Assembly (NCBI GenBank): GCA_001179505.1
Contig: CDMY01000613.1
Location: forward strand, 1 to 64,000
DNA from: Vitrella brassicaformis CCMP3155
Lineage: Eukaryota; Protista; Chromerida
Length of the DNA stretch: 64,000 bases
Direction: 5' to 3'
The notes beneath the pieces are model-generated. The model was not told where the DNA came from and did not search any database. It saw only the letters and a program-made list of their open reading frames with translations. Each line of letters begins with the position of its first letter. The first letter of the stretch is position 1. This document shows, in pieces, positions 63,216-64,000 of the stretch. The translations under genes were made by a program, and so were the position numbers.

Positions 63216-64000
63216 ATGGATCACGCCATGGACGACGTGCCGGAGGGCGGGGCAGCTGCGGCTGCATCACCAGCCCCAGCACCCTTCGACATCCGCCAAG
63301 GCGCCGTGCCAAAGGATGGATGCCCTCATGTGTTTGTGGGATCTGGCGCTCCCAAGGATGCAGACTGCGCTGAGGTGCCCCTTGACATCGGCAAATATGG
63401 CATTCATCCAAGGGTCGTCGCCGGATACCACAGGAAAGGTACAAGCCAAGCGAGGCACACACAGACAGATGCATATGGGTGAATGTGTGTGTCCACGTTC
63501 TGACCTGACGTGTGTGCAGGTCTGAAGCGTCTGTATCGGTGGCAGGCTGAGTGCCTGTGTGTGCCCGGAGTGTGCGATGGCCACAACCTCATCTACTCAG
63601 CACCGACAAGCGGCGGTATGCGAATGCCAGCCACACAGACCACACCGAGAGGGAACATCTCATCTCACACCGCCGCCATCTTGGCTGCGCTGCGTTCAGG
63701 CAAGACCCTCGTGAGTGAGGTTCTGCTCTTCCGGCACCTGTCCGGCGGAGCCTCCTCATTCACCACTGCCAAGATGGTGATGGTCGTCCTGCCCTTCGTG
63801 TCGGTGGTGTCTGAGAAGGAGCAGCAGCTCAAGCGCGTGGTGCCGTCAGATCTTTACTCCATCCAGGGATTCTATCACGGGTCGGCTCACAAGCTGGGCG
63901 ACTCGCTGCTGTCGACCGACCCCACCGACCGGCAGAGGACGGACATCGCCGTGTGCACGATAGAGAAGGCCAACGGCATCGTCGACTTCATGCTCAGCAA
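63216..64000 (+). CDS. POLQ: Superfamily-2 helicase of POLQ/HELQ type (N-terminal part; truncated by window end)
   Basis: LYRWQAECL, NLIYSAPTSG|GKTLVSEVL (Walker A), VLPFVSVVSEK, IAVCTIEKANGIV. Confidence 0.85.

Noticed and set aside
1-64000. tRNA, rRNA or snRNA genes
   Set aside because: No T-loop/D-loop signatures or conserved rRNA/snRNA motifs were seen by eye; tRNAscan-SE or Infernal would be needed to exclude them formally.

Overview
Eukaryotic, GC-rich, intron-dense genomic DNA with microsatellite-filled (CA/TG, GACA, TGGA) introns and nuclear genes with bipartite plastid leaders. By inference this is a chromerid alveolate such as Vitrella brassicaformis. I manually spliced about 22 protein genes: an acylated MIF4G+RRM protein, Tim17-like, Erv/ALR-like, lipocalin, BRAP2, mitochondrial L7/L12, a secreted EF-hand protein, Cdc14, START, a tandem secreted paralog pair, GH47 mannosidase, UEV+PH, two plastid proteins, bestrophin-2, PhoD, a secreted acidic protein, a beta-propeller, a coiled-coil protein and a POLQ-like helicase. 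There is also a ~7.4 kb non-LTR retrotransposon broken by assembly gaps. Most notable: (1) the LINE looks like a single ORF1p-RT-zinc-knuckle polyprotein with no recognisable endonuclease, possibly flanked by an AG|GT-containing 7-bp duplication that would make it spliceable from a host gene; (2) a TGCGAGCT motif recurs in the short upstream regions of head-to-head gene pairs; (3) an N-acylated eIF4G-like/eIF4B-H-like fusion carries a -1 frame break; (4) an Erv-fold protein lacks its catalytic CxxC. No tRNA, rRNA or CRISPR array was recognised. Exon boundaries and family calls are by eye, without database searches. Five 300-N gaps are present.
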